A DNA stretch of 64,000 nt from Dehalococcoidia bacterium (GCA_011170375.1 DUEV01000005.1:42231-106230); one strand, 5' to 3'; positions 18,222-27,942 are shown, counted from the stretch's first letter. Program-made: numbers and translations. The notes: a model not told the origin generated them from the letters alone.

Positions 18222-18974
18222 CTAGTCCCTGAGGCTCCGACCGGTCATTTTCAGGAAGACATCTTCCAGAGTCACCTGGTCCGGTGAGCCAATCTGTGCC
18301 TTGAGCGCATGCGGGGTGTCCAGGGCAATTACCTGCCCACCATCCATAATAGCCACCCGGTCACATAAACGGTCGGCCTCCTCCATGTAGTGGGTGGTAT
18401 GAAGTATCGTCATCCCCTTATCACGCAGTCCCTCGATGGTCTCGTAGATGTTGTTACGTGACTGCGGGTCAATACCGACGGTCGGCTCATCAAGGAAGAG
18501 GAGCTCGGGGTGTCCCATCAGGGCCACCGCCAGGTTAACACGCCGTTTCATGCCACCGGAGAACTTGTCTATCTTACCTTTGGCCCTTTCCTCCAGCCCC
18601 ACCAGCTTCAGGTGGGCCATGGCCTGCTCACGGGCCTCCTGGCTGCTCATTCCCGCCATCCGACCGAAGAAGATGAGGTTATCAAGAGCACCAAGCTCCA
18701 CATAGAGGGCCAGCTCCTGAGGGCAGACACCAATCAGGTTCCGCACTTCCTCAGCCTCGCGCCTTATCAAATGACCCCCGATGATAACATCACCCTGGTC
18801 CGGTTCCAGGACAGTCGACAGCATCCGTATCGTCGTCGTCTTACCAGCACCGTTCGGCCCCAGCAATCCGAAAATCTCACGCTTATGGATTGTGAAAGAA
18901 ACACCGTTGACCGCCTTGTGCTCGTTAAAGCTCTTGTGAAGGTCCTGTGCTACCAGATAATCTACAGGCATCAT
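18222..18974 (-). CDS. ABC transporter ATP-binding protein
   Basis: Walker A GPNGAGKTT, signature FSGGMKRR, Walker B LLFLDEPT. Confidence 0.92.
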   Translation of the reverse strand: MMPVDYLVAQDLHKSFNEHKAVNGVSFTIHKREIFGLLGPNGAGKTTTIRMLSTVLEPDQGDVIIGGHLIRREAEEVRNLIGVCPQELALYVELGALDNLIFFGRMAGMSSQEAREQAMAHLKLVGLEERAKGKIDKFSGGMKRRVNLAVALMGHPELLFLDEPTVGIDPQSRNNIYETIEGLRDKGMTILHTTHYMEEADRLCDRVAIMDGGQVIALDTPHALKAQIGSPDQVTLEDVFLKMTGRSLRD

Positions 18975-19089
18975 CCTGCCCCCTGACGTCCCTGACGGGA
19001 ACTATGCTGACCAACTGGGGGACATTATAAAACACGAGATTTCATTTAACAAGAGTACGTACTTGTTCATAGCTTCTTGTTCAGTGGGT

Positions 19090-19172
19090 GGCGGCCCCAC
19101 TCCCCAATCTATCTTTTCCCACCCGCCACCCTCAAGGAAAAAGAGGGGCTCCGCCCCTCTTAAACTCCCTCT
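19090..19172 (+). repeat. dispersed G4/C4-hairpin element, copy B (forward)
   Basis: Sequence GGCGGCCCCACTCCCC...AAGAGGGGCtccGCCCCTCTTAAACTCCCT. The same ends and core hairpin as copy A. Confidence 0.7.
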
Positions 19173-19431
19173 TCAAGCGGCTCTCTTTGGGAAATTTCAT
19201 GGGGTGTTCCCTTTGATTTGCGTTTCCCCCGACAACAGGCGAGGGTTTGGGAACCCGAGACAAGTAGTGAATATACCGACTCGATGTGCGGCCGCAAATA
19301 TTGAGAAACTGGTGGCATAGAGGATATAATTATGAGACTCTTGAAAACCATCGGAAGAATCACTACATTGGACGGACACATGCTTCAAGCTGTTACCAAT
19401 AGAATGTCGTTATTTATAGAAAGCCATTAAT

Positions 19432-21006
19432 ATGACACAGATAATTGGTTTTAATAATGAGAGATATCTTAAAGAGCAGACAGCGGCTATTTTAGACCGG
19501 GTCGCAAAGTTTGGTAATAAACTCTACTTGGAGTTCGGCGGGAAGCTTTGTTTCGATTATCACGCTGCACGTGTCCTTCCCGGCTATGATCCTAATGTCA
19601 AAATGCGTCTGTTACAGATATTGAAAGACAAGATAGATATTATCATGTGCGTTCATGCTGGTGATATCGAAAAAAGAAGGGTAAGGGGTGACTTCGGGAT
19701 TACCTATGATGATGCCACTTTAAAATTAGTCGATGATTTGAGGAAGTGGGACCTAGATGTCATAGCGGTGGTGATAACGCGCTTTGCCAATCAGCCATCT
19801 GCTGCTATCTTTAAGAATAAGCTAGAGCACAATGGTATCAAAGTCTATTTACATTATCCGATACAGGGATACCCTGCCAATGTAGATAATGTAGTTAGCG
19901 AAGAGGGCTTTGGTAAAAATGAGTATGTAGAAACGCGGAATCCGATTGTGGTAGTGACCGGTCCGGGGCCGGGTAGTGGAAAATTGTCTGTCTGCCTTTC
20001 ACAGTTATATTTTGAAAATAAAGGTAACATACAAGCCGGTTATGCTAAATTTGAGACTTTTCCCATCTGGGATCTACCGCTTAAGCACCCTGTTAACATA
20101 GCCTATGAAGCAGCCACTGCTGATATAGGGGATTTCAATATGGTCGACCCCTTTCATTTGAATGCCTATGATGAGACCACTGTTAATTATAATCGTGATG
20201 TAGAGAGCTTTCCGCTATTAAAGCTCATTTTCAACAAGATCTTTTCTGCCGAGACAGCAACAGGCAAAGATGACGACTCTGCCAATGACTTGCTTAGATG
20301 GGCAAAACAACCACTCTATAATTCACCCACAGATATGGGGGTGAATCGGGCAAGCTTCGGTATTACCAGTGATGAGATAGTAAAGGAGGCTGCAAAGCAG
20401 GAATTAATCCGGCGCTATTTTAGATACAACGAAGAATATATGCTGGGAATAGAAAAAATAGAGACGGTAGACAGGGTTATGCGCCTGATGGAAGAGTTAA
20501 GTGTTAAGATCACAGACAGGATGGTGGTTGAGACAGCCAGAAAAGCTGCAGCCGAGGCAGAAGCACAGGCTAAAGGAAATGAGGGTATATATTGTGGCGC
20601 AGCGATTCAACTACATGACGGCAGAATCGTCACAGGAAAAAATTCACAACTCCTTCATGCTTCCTCTAGTCTGATATTGAATGCTACCAAAGTTCTGGCG
20701 AATATCCCGGATGAGATTCTACTGCTCTCTCCACATATCATTAATCAAATATCCAAATATAAAGAAATGGTTCTAGATTCAGAATCCACAAGTCTGGATC
20801 TTGAAGAGACGATGATTACCCTTTCAATAAGTGCTACCACTAATCCAACAGCAGAACTAGCTATGAAAAAGCTAGTAGACTTAAAAGGCTGCGAAATGCA
20901 TATGACGCATATTCCAACTCCCGGAGATGACGTTGGACTAAAAAGACTGGGTGTGAACCTGACTACCGATGGCAAGTCATCTTCTAATCGCCTCTTTGTC
21001 ACTTAA
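19432..21006 (+). CDS. DUF1846 / UPF0371 family protein
   Basis: Conserved blocks run end to end: KLYLEFGGK, HAARVLPGY, YAKFETFP, HPVNIAYEAATAD, TVNYNRD, SPTDMGVN, IVTGKNS. The gene is visibly AT-rich. Confidence 0.88.
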   Translation: MTQIIGFNNERYLKEQTAAILDRVAKFGNKLYLEFGGKLCFDYHAARVLPGYDPNVKMRLLQILKDKIDIIMCVHAGDIEKRRVRGDFGITYDDATLKLVDDLRKWDLDVIAVVITRFANQPSAAIFKNKLEHNGIKVYLHYPIQGYPANVDNVVSEEGFGKNEYVETRNPIVVVTGPGPGSGKLSVCLSQLYFENKGNIQAGYAKFETFPIWDLPLKHPVNIAYEAATADIGDFNMVDPFHLNAYDETTVNYNRDVESFPLLKLIFNKIFSAETATGKDDDSANDLLRWAKQPLYNSPTDMGVNRASFGITSDEIVKEAAKQELIRRYFRYNEEYMLGIEKIETVDRVMRLMEELSVKITDRMVVETARKAAAEAEAQAKGNEGIYCGAAIQLHDGRIVTGKNSQLLHASSSLILNATKVLANIPDEILLLSPHIINQISKYKEMVLDSESTSLDLEETMITLSISATTNPTAELAMKKLVDLKGCEMHMTHIPTPGDDVGLKRLGVNLTTDGKSSSNRLFVT

Positions 21007-22439
21007 CAAAATCTGGAGATATCCTGGTCCTTAGCCAGTTTCTGCCGGACATCGGCATACTGTGCCAGGGCCATCATCGCTCGGGCGCACTGCTCTGGGG
21101 TCTCGTAGGAGGGGATACCGGCCGCCTTCATAATATCTCCGATAGCACCACCACCAATGTGGCTGTGCCACGACAGTGTGACCACCGGTTTACCGTATTT
21201 CTTCGGGATGGCGGCTAATATCTCCGCCCCCCGGACAGCCATTTTGACCTCGTCACTATTGTCATCCCCGTGGAAATGAGGAGTATTGCAGATAATGCCG
21301 TCGATATAGTCAACCTGGGCGAGTGCATCAGCCACCTGCACCTCATCGAGCGGCCCACGCATTCCCCCGGCAAAATCCACCGGGTTCGATGGAACGGGAG
21401 CATGGGGAGGTAATGTCTCCTTGATTTTCATTCTTGTCTCATGGTCCAAGGCGGGAACCCGCAGCCCGAGAGACTCGCAGGTATCGGAGGTGACCACCCC
21501 CTGCCCACCACTGCCGATAATGGCGACACGATTACTCCGGGGTAGGGGCAGGCCGATTAGCGCCTCCGCCATGTCAAACGGGTGCGTTACCTCCGAAGTC
21601 CGGATGATACCCACCTGCCGGCACATGGCATCGACTATCTCGTCGGAGCCAGCTAAAGAGCTGGTGTGGGACATGGTTGCCCTTGCAGCCGCCTCAGTGC
21701 GACCGGCCTTGTACATAAGTATCGGCTTCCTCTTGATTGCCTCGCGGGCAACCTTGAAGAACCTGTCGCCGTCCTTGAACCCCTCCATATAGAGGACTAT
21801 CGCTCCGGTATCATCATCCTCACCCAGGTACTCCACGTAGTCGGCAGCATTGAGGTCCGCCTGATTACCGATGCTGATAAACTTGCTCAGTCCGTAGCCC
21901 TTCCGCTCGGCGAACTCAGCCAGTAAACCGCCGAAGGTGCCGCTCTGGGACACAAAGGCAATCTTCCCCGGCTTAACGTCATCATGCAGGCACAGGTTTA
22001 GATTGACCGCAGAGCTATATATCCCCATACCATTAGGCCCGACGAACCTGACACCGCCCTCGCGGGCAATCCGCACCAGTTCATCCTGTAAGACCCGGCC
22101 CTCCTCGCTGGCCTCGGCGAAACCGGCGGTTATCATGACCACGCCCTTTATACCCTTGGCAGCACAATCAGCCATCGCCTGGGGTGACGCCGCCGCGGGG
22201 ATAACAATAACCGCCATATCAACATCGTAAGGGATATCACGAACGCTCGGATAGCAGGTAAGCCCGTGGATTTCCTTCTCCCGTGGATTAACCGGGTATA
22301 TCGCCCCGCGGTAGCCGTTCATCATCGCCGTCAGGAGAGTACGCCCTCCCCACTTAAATGGCTCCCGTGAAGCACCGATAATAGCCATCGATTTCGCTTT
22401 GAAAATAGGGTCTAGCTGCTTGACAATATCACTGGGCAT
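21003..22439 (-). CDS. ADP-forming acyl-CoA synthetase, alpha-type (CoA-binding plus CoA-ligase domains)
   Basis: KSMAIIGASREPFKWGG CoA-binding Rossmann fold and a succinyl-CoA-synthetase-like flavodoxin domain. The track ORF runs to 22514, but the ATG at 22439 follows AAGGAGCGGAGAG. No ATP-grasp (beta) domain is present. Confidence 0.75.
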   Translation of the reverse strand: MPSDIVKQLDPIFKAKSMAIIGASREPFKWGGRTLLTAMMNGYRGAIYPVNPREKEIHGLTCYPSVRDIPYDVDMAVIVIPAAASPQAMADCAAKGIKGVVMITAGFAEASEEGRVLQDELVRIAREGGVRFVGPNGMGIYSSAVNLNLCLHDDVKPGKIAFVSQSGTFGGLLAEFAERKGYGLSKFISIGNQADLNAADYVEYLGEDDDTGAIVLYMEGFKDGDRFFKVAREAIKRKPILMYKAGRTEAAARATMSHTSSLAGSDEIVDAMCRQVGIIRTSEVTHPFDMAEALIGLPLPRSNRVAIIGSGGQGVVTSDTCESLGLRVPALDHETRMKIKETLPPHAPVPSNPVDFAGGMRGPLDEVQVADALAQVDYIDGIICNTPHFHGDDNSDEVKMAVRGAEILAAIPKKYGKPVVTLSWHSHIGGGAIGDIMKAAGIPSYETPEQCARAMMALAQYADVRQKLAKDQDISRFC

Positions 22440-22562
22440 GTCTCTCCGCTCCTTTGAAACAACAAAACACGGTAACTCCGCTTCGTATTGGATACAAATA
22501 CTATAGCACGCCACGCCTGTAGAGACTATTTAATGGTCTGGCACGATACGCTGAGCTGTATG

Positions 22563-23501
22563 CTAGATAAGCCCTGCCTCCATGTCCTGCTTCATCAGAC
22601 GTATCAGTTCGGTGTTGAGGCGGCGGTGGAGCTGTTTGGCACTATCACCCGGCCAGTCATAGAAGCCCTTGCCACTCTTCATCCCCAGCTCACCCCGCTC
22701 GACGTGCTCGGCGACCGGACCCCAGGCAGGTATGCCACGACCCTGAGCCGTCCGGTAACCAAAATCCAGCCCTATCAGGTCCATACGCTTGAAGTAGCCA
22801 GTGTAGGCCATCCGCCGACCAAATCCGAAAGATATCACGTCATCAATCAACTCCGGGTAGGGTATTCCCTGCTCTACCAGCGAACGTATCTCCCGCGCAA
22901 TGGCCCCCTGGAGACGGTTCCCAACAAATCCTGGTAGCTCAATATCGATAACAACCACCCGTTTACGCATCCCCCGCAGCATTCGGGCCGCCTTTTCCAC
23001 CAGTGTCCGGTCGGTCTTCTCACCACCCACCACCTCTACCAGGGGAACGAAATGCGGCGGCTGGAAGTAGTGTGTTGCCAGGACGCGCTCCGGGTGTCTG
23101 GTGGCTGAGGCAATATCGGTAACCCGCAGACCGGAGGTATTGGTCGCCAGGATAACCGGTGGGGGACAAATTTCGTCGAGCCGGGCAAACACTTCTTTCT
23201 TGATGTCGAGTACCTCCAGCACCGATTCATGGACGAAATCGGCACCGGTGGCTGCCTCGGCGATATCAGTGGTAGGGCGCAAACGACCGTAGGCGCCGTC
23301 CGCCTCCTCACCTGTAATAAGCTCCGTCTCCGCCATCAGGTCGAGCGCTTCCCGCGCCTGCTCCATCGCCTGCCGACTGGTCTCCTCACGGGTATTGTAG
23401 ATACTGACTTCGTAACCGAACCGGGCAAACTCCACGGCTACACCACAGCCCATCAGCCCGGCACCAATAACGGCCACTCGCTCAATGCCTGCCTCTTTCA
23501 T
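22563..23501 (-). CDS. 3-hydroxyacyl-CoA dehydrogenase family protein
   Basis: N-terminal VAVIGAGLMGCGVA NAD fold, plus the C-terminal 3HCDH domain pattern. Confidence 0.85.
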   Translation of the reverse strand: MKEAGIERVAVIGAGLMGCGVAVEFARFGYEVSIYNTREETSRQAMEQAREALDLMAETELITGEEADGAYGRLRPTTDIAEAATGADFVHESVLEVLDIKKEVFARLDEICPPPVILATNTSGLRVTDIASATRHPERVLATHYFQPPHFVPLVEVVGGEKTDRTLVEKAARMLRGMRKRVVVIDIELPGFVGNRLQGAIAREIRSLVEQGIPYPELIDDVISFGFGRRMAYTGYFKRMDLIGLDFGYRTAQGRGIPAWGPVAEHVERGELGMKSGKGFYDWPGDSAKQLHRRLNTELIRLMKQDMEAGLI

Positions 23502-23596
23502 AACACCTCCTTACACTCTGCCCAGATACACCTCACTATAGTAGGGGGCTGGACATCTGTCAATGAACTCGGACTTTGGCCGCTCACACCCATGCT

Positions 23597-23626
23597 TTGC
23601 CATCGACGCAATGGGGATGATAGAAT
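23597..23626 (+). promoter_or_regulatory. promoter: TTGCCA (23597-23602), 18-nt spacer, TGaTAGAAT (-10 at 23621-23626)
   Basis: Read directly from the sequence. Upstream of the cyclase gene. Confidence 0.4.
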
Positions 23627-23662
23627 ACGGCCTGATTCCCCGACAATATGTGGAGGCAGATA

Positions 23663-24421
23663 ATGACCATGAGGATAATCGACCTGAGCGTGCCGATGGA
23701 ACCTACTCCAGGAGCACAGGCAGTGGAACTCGTTCACCACACACACGAAGAAGGCAGTGCTGGCATGAAGAACGTCTTCGGCTGCACCGATGAAGATTTA
23801 CCGCAGGGGCTGGGATGGGCAACGGACACACTGACCCTGGGTACCCATGCCGGAACCCACGTCGATGCCCCGTGGCACTACGCTCCCACATCCGAGGGTA
23901 AGAAGGCGCGGACGATTGACGAGATGCCCTTGGAGTGGTTCTACGGCGACGGCGTCGTCCTCGACATGCGACACAAGCCTATGGGCAGCGCCGTCACTAT
24001 CGACGATTTTAAAGAAGTCCTGAAAAGGATTAACTATACGCTGAAACCGGGGGATATAGTCCTCGTCCAGACCGGGGCCGACCAGTACTGGGGCAAGCCG
24101 GAATATTTTGACGCCGGCTGCGGCATGACCCGGGAGTCCACCCTGTGGCTGATTGAGCAGGGTGTCCACGTCATGGGGACGGATGCCTGGGGCTGGGACC
24201 GCCCCTTCTGGGCAATCAGGGAGGAATTTCAAGAAAACAAGGACGGCCGTATAATCTGGGGTGCCCACTACGCTGGCATTGAGAAAGAGTACTGCCACAT
24301 TGAGAAGCTGGCTAACCTGGATAAGCTGCCCAAGCCCTTCGGCTTCAAAGTGGCCTGCTTCCCGATAAAAATAACCGGCGGGAGCGCTGGCTGGGCGAGG
24401 GTGGTTGCCATAATTGAGTAG
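23663..24421 (+). CDS. cyclase family protein (kynurenine-formamidase-like)
   Basis: HAGTHVDAPWH metal motif. The ATG at 23663 lies 6 nt after GGAGG. The track start is 23648. Confidence 0.8.
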   Translation: MTMRIIDLSVPMEPTPGAQAVELVHHTHEEGSAGMKNVFGCTDEDLPQGLGWATDTLTLGTHAGTHVDAPWHYAPTSEGKKARTIDEMPLEWFYGDGVVLDMRHKPMGSAVTIDDFKEVLKRINYTLKPGDIVLVQTGADQYWGKPEYFDAGCGMTRESTLWLIEQGVHVMGTDAWGWDRPFWAIREEFQENKDGRIIWGAHYAGIEKEYCHIEKLANLDKLPKPFGFKVACFPIKITGGSAGWARVVAIIE

Positions 24422-24433
24422 TGAGGAAAGACC

Positions 24434-25243
24434 GTGACCATACCCGAACTAGCCGAAATCATTAAACAATGGCAATTACCGGAAGGTGGAGCACTACTCG
24501 ACAGGATCGAAAGGATGATTCAACCCGCTGTCATGGAGGGTAGATTCTTGGCCAGCCCGACGGCTACTGTCTGCGGCCTGCAGTACCACCTCGGCGGGGA
24601 GCAGGATACAGAAGAGCTGGCAGAACTGGCGGCCATTACGGCAGACGACCATGTTCTCGACGTCTGCTGCTATCTGGGTGGGCCGGCTATTCAGTTAGCC
24701 GAATCGTTCGGATGCCGGATTACCGGTATCGATTTGTTTGAAAGGTTTATCATTGCTGCCAGCCGGATTGCCGAGCTTGCCGGACTATCCGACCGTGCGG
24801 AATTTCGTATAGGGAACGCCACCAATTTGCCTTTCAGCGACGGGCAATTCACTGTTGTCTGGAGTCAATGTGCTCTGCACCATGATGAAGCCTGGTTAAG
24901 AGAGTTCCACCGGGTAACGGCACCAAGGGGCAGGCTCGCCATGACCTTCGATATCAGGCGGCAGAATCCGGACAAGCATAGCCCAAGGTGGTGCTTACAG
25001 GATATTGTTAGTCTTCTCCGGGACCTGGGATACTCGGTAGACCACGCCGAGGACATCACCGAAAGGGATATTGAGTTCGGATGGAAGGCTCTGGACCGCA
25101 AGCTATCGGAGAAAGAAGATGAATATGCCGCCGTCCTTGGAAAAGACTGGGTTCGCTATGCCCACGAGGAGTTCAACAGCGAGATAAAACGAATGCGTAA
25201 GGGGAGGTGGGGGAACGGACGTATCGTGGCTACCAAGCTATAG
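24434..25243 (+). CDS. class I SAM-dependent methyltransferase
   Basis: Motif I VLDVCCYLGGPA. GTG start after GAGGAAAG. Confidence 0.75.
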   Translation: MTIPELAEIIKQWQLPEGGALLDRIERMIQPAVMEGRFLASPTATVCGLQYHLGGEQDTEELAELAAITADDHVLDVCCYLGGPAIQLAESFGCRITGIDLFERFIIAASRIAELAGLSDRAEFRIGNATNLPFSDGQFTVVWSQCALHHDEAWLREFHRVTAPRGRLAMTFDIRRQNPDKHSPRWCLQDIVSLLRDLGYSVDHAEDITERDIEFGWKALDRKLSEKEDEYAAVLGKDWVRYAHEEFNSEIKRMRKGRWGNGRIVATKL

Positions 25244-25255
25244 AAACCTGGAAAA

Positions 25256-26062
25256 ATGATTATGAGTCACAACAAGACCAACATGTATGATATTGAACCA
25301 CACATCGCCGAGATTTACGACCAAACCGATACCTACTCCGATGATGTGGAACTCATCCGGAAGCTGATTGGTAACCGCCGCCCCCTGCGGATTCTGGAGC
25401 CATTCTGCGGGACAGGGCGCATCCTCATCCCTCTGGCTGTCGACGGGCACGAAGTTGTCGGCCTTGATCAGGCAAAGGGAATGCTCGACCGTGCCAGCAT
25501 GAAGATTAGAGAATTACCCGAACAGGTGCGAAATAGAATCAGCCTGCATGAGGCTGACGTGATAACAGATGAGTGGCCAATAAGCTTTGACCTGGTGGTG
25601 CTGGGGGGTAACTGTCTCTACGAATTAGCGACAGCCGAGGAGCAGGAAGAGTGTATCATTCGTGCCTTTGACTCTCTTAGGACTGGTGGCTATATCTATC
25701 TGGACAATAATCATATGGAAGGTACTCTTCACGAGACTTGGCAGCGATTAGATGTTGACGAGAAGGCATTCCCTGCCGGGACATGCAAAGATGGCACATG
25801 TATTCAGACACAAAGGAAAACGATATGGTTTGATATTAACCAGAGGCTGGTCAGATACCGACGATGTACGATAATAACCTTCGTTGATGGGAACGCTAAG
25901 AAACAGGAATATCTAATGCAGTGCCACCCTCCAAGTAAGGTCGAAGTGCAAACCTGGCTTGAGAAATCTGGCTTCACCGTAAAGCAGGTATATGGCGACC
26001 GCAGCGGAAACCCTTATAATGAGAAAGCGCCCCGAGCAATCTTCTGGGCCAAAAAGAAGTAA
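25256..26062 (+). CDS. class I SAM-dependent methyltransferase
   Basis: Motif I ILEPFCGTGRI, followed by the acidic motif GLDQ. Confidence 0.75.
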   Translation: MIMSHNKTNMYDIEPHIAEIYDQTDTYSDDVELIRKLIGNRRPLRILEPFCGTGRILIPLAVDGHEVVGLDQAKGMLDRASMKIRELPEQVRNRISLHEADVITDEWPISFDLVVLGGNCLYELATAEEQEECIIRAFDSLRTGGYIYLDNNHMEGTLHETWQRLDVDEKAFPAGTCKDGTCIQTQRKTIWFDINQRLVRYRRCTIITFVDGNAKKQEYLMQCHPPSKVEVQTWLEKSGFTVKQVYGDRSGNPYNEKAPRAIFWAKKK

Positions 26063-26085
26063 TACAGAAGGGGGAATAGAGTATT

Positions 26086-26811
26086 ATGAGCAATCCGAAC
26101 GGACCATATCCAGGAAGGCAGCTATTCATCGGGCTAACAGCCGACAGCAGACCAGCCCTGGCTTATCTGGTCACCGGCCGCAGTCCGCAGAGCCGGGAGC
26201 GACTGGCCGTAGCGGTGGACAATAGCGTCAGAATCGACCCCATTGGGCAGCAAGAGCGTGTCCCGCTGCGTTTCCACTATCCGAGCGTGAAATTCGACAA
26301 CGAGACAGGCGTGGCCGTTGTCAGCAACGGGATTCAGACTGAGGCTATATTTGAGACCTACCGACTCCTTCTGATTGCCGAGACAGCACCCACCGGGGAC
26401 TACATGGAAAAAATACTGGACGGTGCCGGTTCTGAGCCGGACAGCCTGAATACGCCCCGGATTGCCGGTGTAATTACCAGCTATAGTGATGGTAAGCCGG
26501 TGTTCATCATAGGGATAGTGACAAAGGATGCACCGGCCAGAGCCTTCGAAATCAAGCCGGAACCGGGCATGCTGACAGGGATTTCAACATACAAAGGTTC
26601 GCTGGAGAGCCCGGAGGCGTTTGACCCCGGCTCTGAACTGCCCCAGCTGCAGTTTGACGAGAAGACAGCAAAAGACCTGGCCGAGTACTTATACGGGATA
26701 TCGGAGGCTACCAATCAGGGAGACGACATCAGGGTGTGTGCCATAGGCGGTGTGCTATCCAGCGATGGCAACTGGAATCATCACATAATAAATAAGCACC
26801 AGATGAGGTAG
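26086..26811 (+). CDS. IMP cyclohydrolase-like protein (archaeal PurO family)
   Basis: AYLVTGRSPQSRER, TPRIAGV and GISTYKG resemble the PurO blocks (YRVSSRSFPNR, TPRIAG, STY). Recognised from memory. Confidence 0.5.
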   Translation: MSNPNGPYPGRQLFIGLTADSRPALAYLVTGRSPQSRERLAVAVDNSVRIDPIGQQERVPLRFHYPSVKFDNETGVAVVSNGIQTEAIFETYRLLLIAETAPTGDYMEKILDGAGSEPDSLNTPRIAGVITSYSDGKPVFIIGIVTKDAPARAFEIKPEPGMLTGISTYKGSLESPEAFDPGSELPQLQFDEKTAKDLAEYLYGISEATNQGDDIRVCAIGGVLSSDGNWNHHIINKHQMR

Positions 26812-26900
26812 GCTAAAGTTGACAGGTCTCCACCGAAAGCTTATTATCACCTTAGTAGCTACGAATACAAAAGATATCCTGCTCTTACAAAGGAGGAAAC

Positions 26901-27773
26901 ATGTCTGACGATATCGTTATCAAGGAAGGCTACATGTACGGGGGTTGGCGGGCTCCAGTCAATATCTGGCAGGGAGCACCCGGCTCCATCCACACCGATG
27001 ACGTGGCTCAAAAAATTGGGATGCGGGGTGGCACAATACCAGGCACCATCCACCTCAACCTCTTTCCTCCGCTGCTTATCAAGCTCTTCGGGCAGCGCTG
27101 GTTCGAGAAGGGCTCGCTGAGCATCTACTACACATACGCTACCCTTGACCGGGAGGAGGTACGGGCAGTAATTGAGCTACCTCCAGAGGGGGCCGATAAC
27201 GTGCAGTTGAGGGCCTGTGTGGAGATGCGTGACGGTCAAACCGTGGCCAAAGGCACAGTGGGCATCGGCGAGCCGGAGGAAGCCTCATACATCCGTAAAA
27301 TCCCGCTGGAGAACTCACCTCCGGAGGAGATACGCATTCTGGCCAAGACGAAAGCAGGAACAGAACTTCCGCCACAGGAAAACGTGGTCTTCACCCAAGA
27401 GCAACTAAATAGGGCGCTGGAAACGATTACCGACCCCATCGATTGGTACAAAGGAAGCTCTCCCTGGGGGCCGTCAATACTGAACCCCAGCTCGATGTAC
27501 GGTGCTCTGATGTTTAACCTGACTGGCGACCGTGATGGACCGTCAGTGGGATTCTTCGGGGCGACCGAACTGCGCAACGTCAACGGGCCGATAATGGCAG
27601 GAGTAACCTACCGGAAAACGGGTCGCATCGCATGCGTCGGCGTTAGCCCGAAGACCGAGTTTATCTGGATGGACTCGGAGCTATATGAAAAGGACAGTGG
27701 TAAGCCGGTCGCCGAGATGCGCCACATGAACCGCCTGATGAAAGCCTCCTCACCACTCTATCAGGAGGCCTGA
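26901..27773 (+). CDS. hot-dog fold (MaoC-dehydratase-like) protein
   Basis: GSIHTDDVAQKIGMRGGTIPGTIH resembles the MaoC NPIHxD..A...G motif. Strong SD AAGGAGG. Confidence 0.4.
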   Translation: MSDDIVIKEGYMYGGWRAPVNIWQGAPGSIHTDDVAQKIGMRGGTIPGTIHLNLFPPLLIKLFGQRWFEKGSLSIYYTYATLDREEVRAVIELPPEGADNVQLRACVEMRDGQTVAKGTVGIGEPEEASYIRKIPLENSPPEEIRILAKTKAGTELPPQENVVFTQEQLNRALETITDPIDWYKGSSPWGPSILNPSSMYGALMFNLTGDRDGPSVGFFGATELRNVNGPIMAGVTYRKTGRIACVGVSPKTEFIWMDSELYEKDSGKPVAEMRHMNRLMKASSPLYQEA

Positions 27774-27840
27774 GACCTGTCGGACAGAGGATGTACATGG
27801 GGACTATAAGCAAACGGTCCTGGTAAAATACCTTGTGATT

Positions 27841-27870
27841 AGAGGCTACCAGCTAAAACTGGTAGCCTCT
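27841..27870 (+). terminator. perfect 10-bp hairpin AGAGGCTACC-agctaaaact-GGTAGCCTCT downstream of the hot-dog gene
   Basis: Read directly from the sequence. No clean U-tract follows it (ATCTTG). Confidence 0.4.
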
Positions 27871-27913
27871 ATCTTGCCCGGCCACCAATTTCAGGGCCGA
27901 TTCCTCAATTACT

Positions 27914-27942
27914 TTGACAGATGACACTAGGCATAGTAAAAT
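27914..27942 (+). promoter_or_regulatory. near-consensus promoter: TTGACA (27914-27919), 17-nt spacer, TAAAAT (27937-27942)
   Basis: Read directly from the sequence. About 320 nt upstream of the trkA start. Confidence 0.5.
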
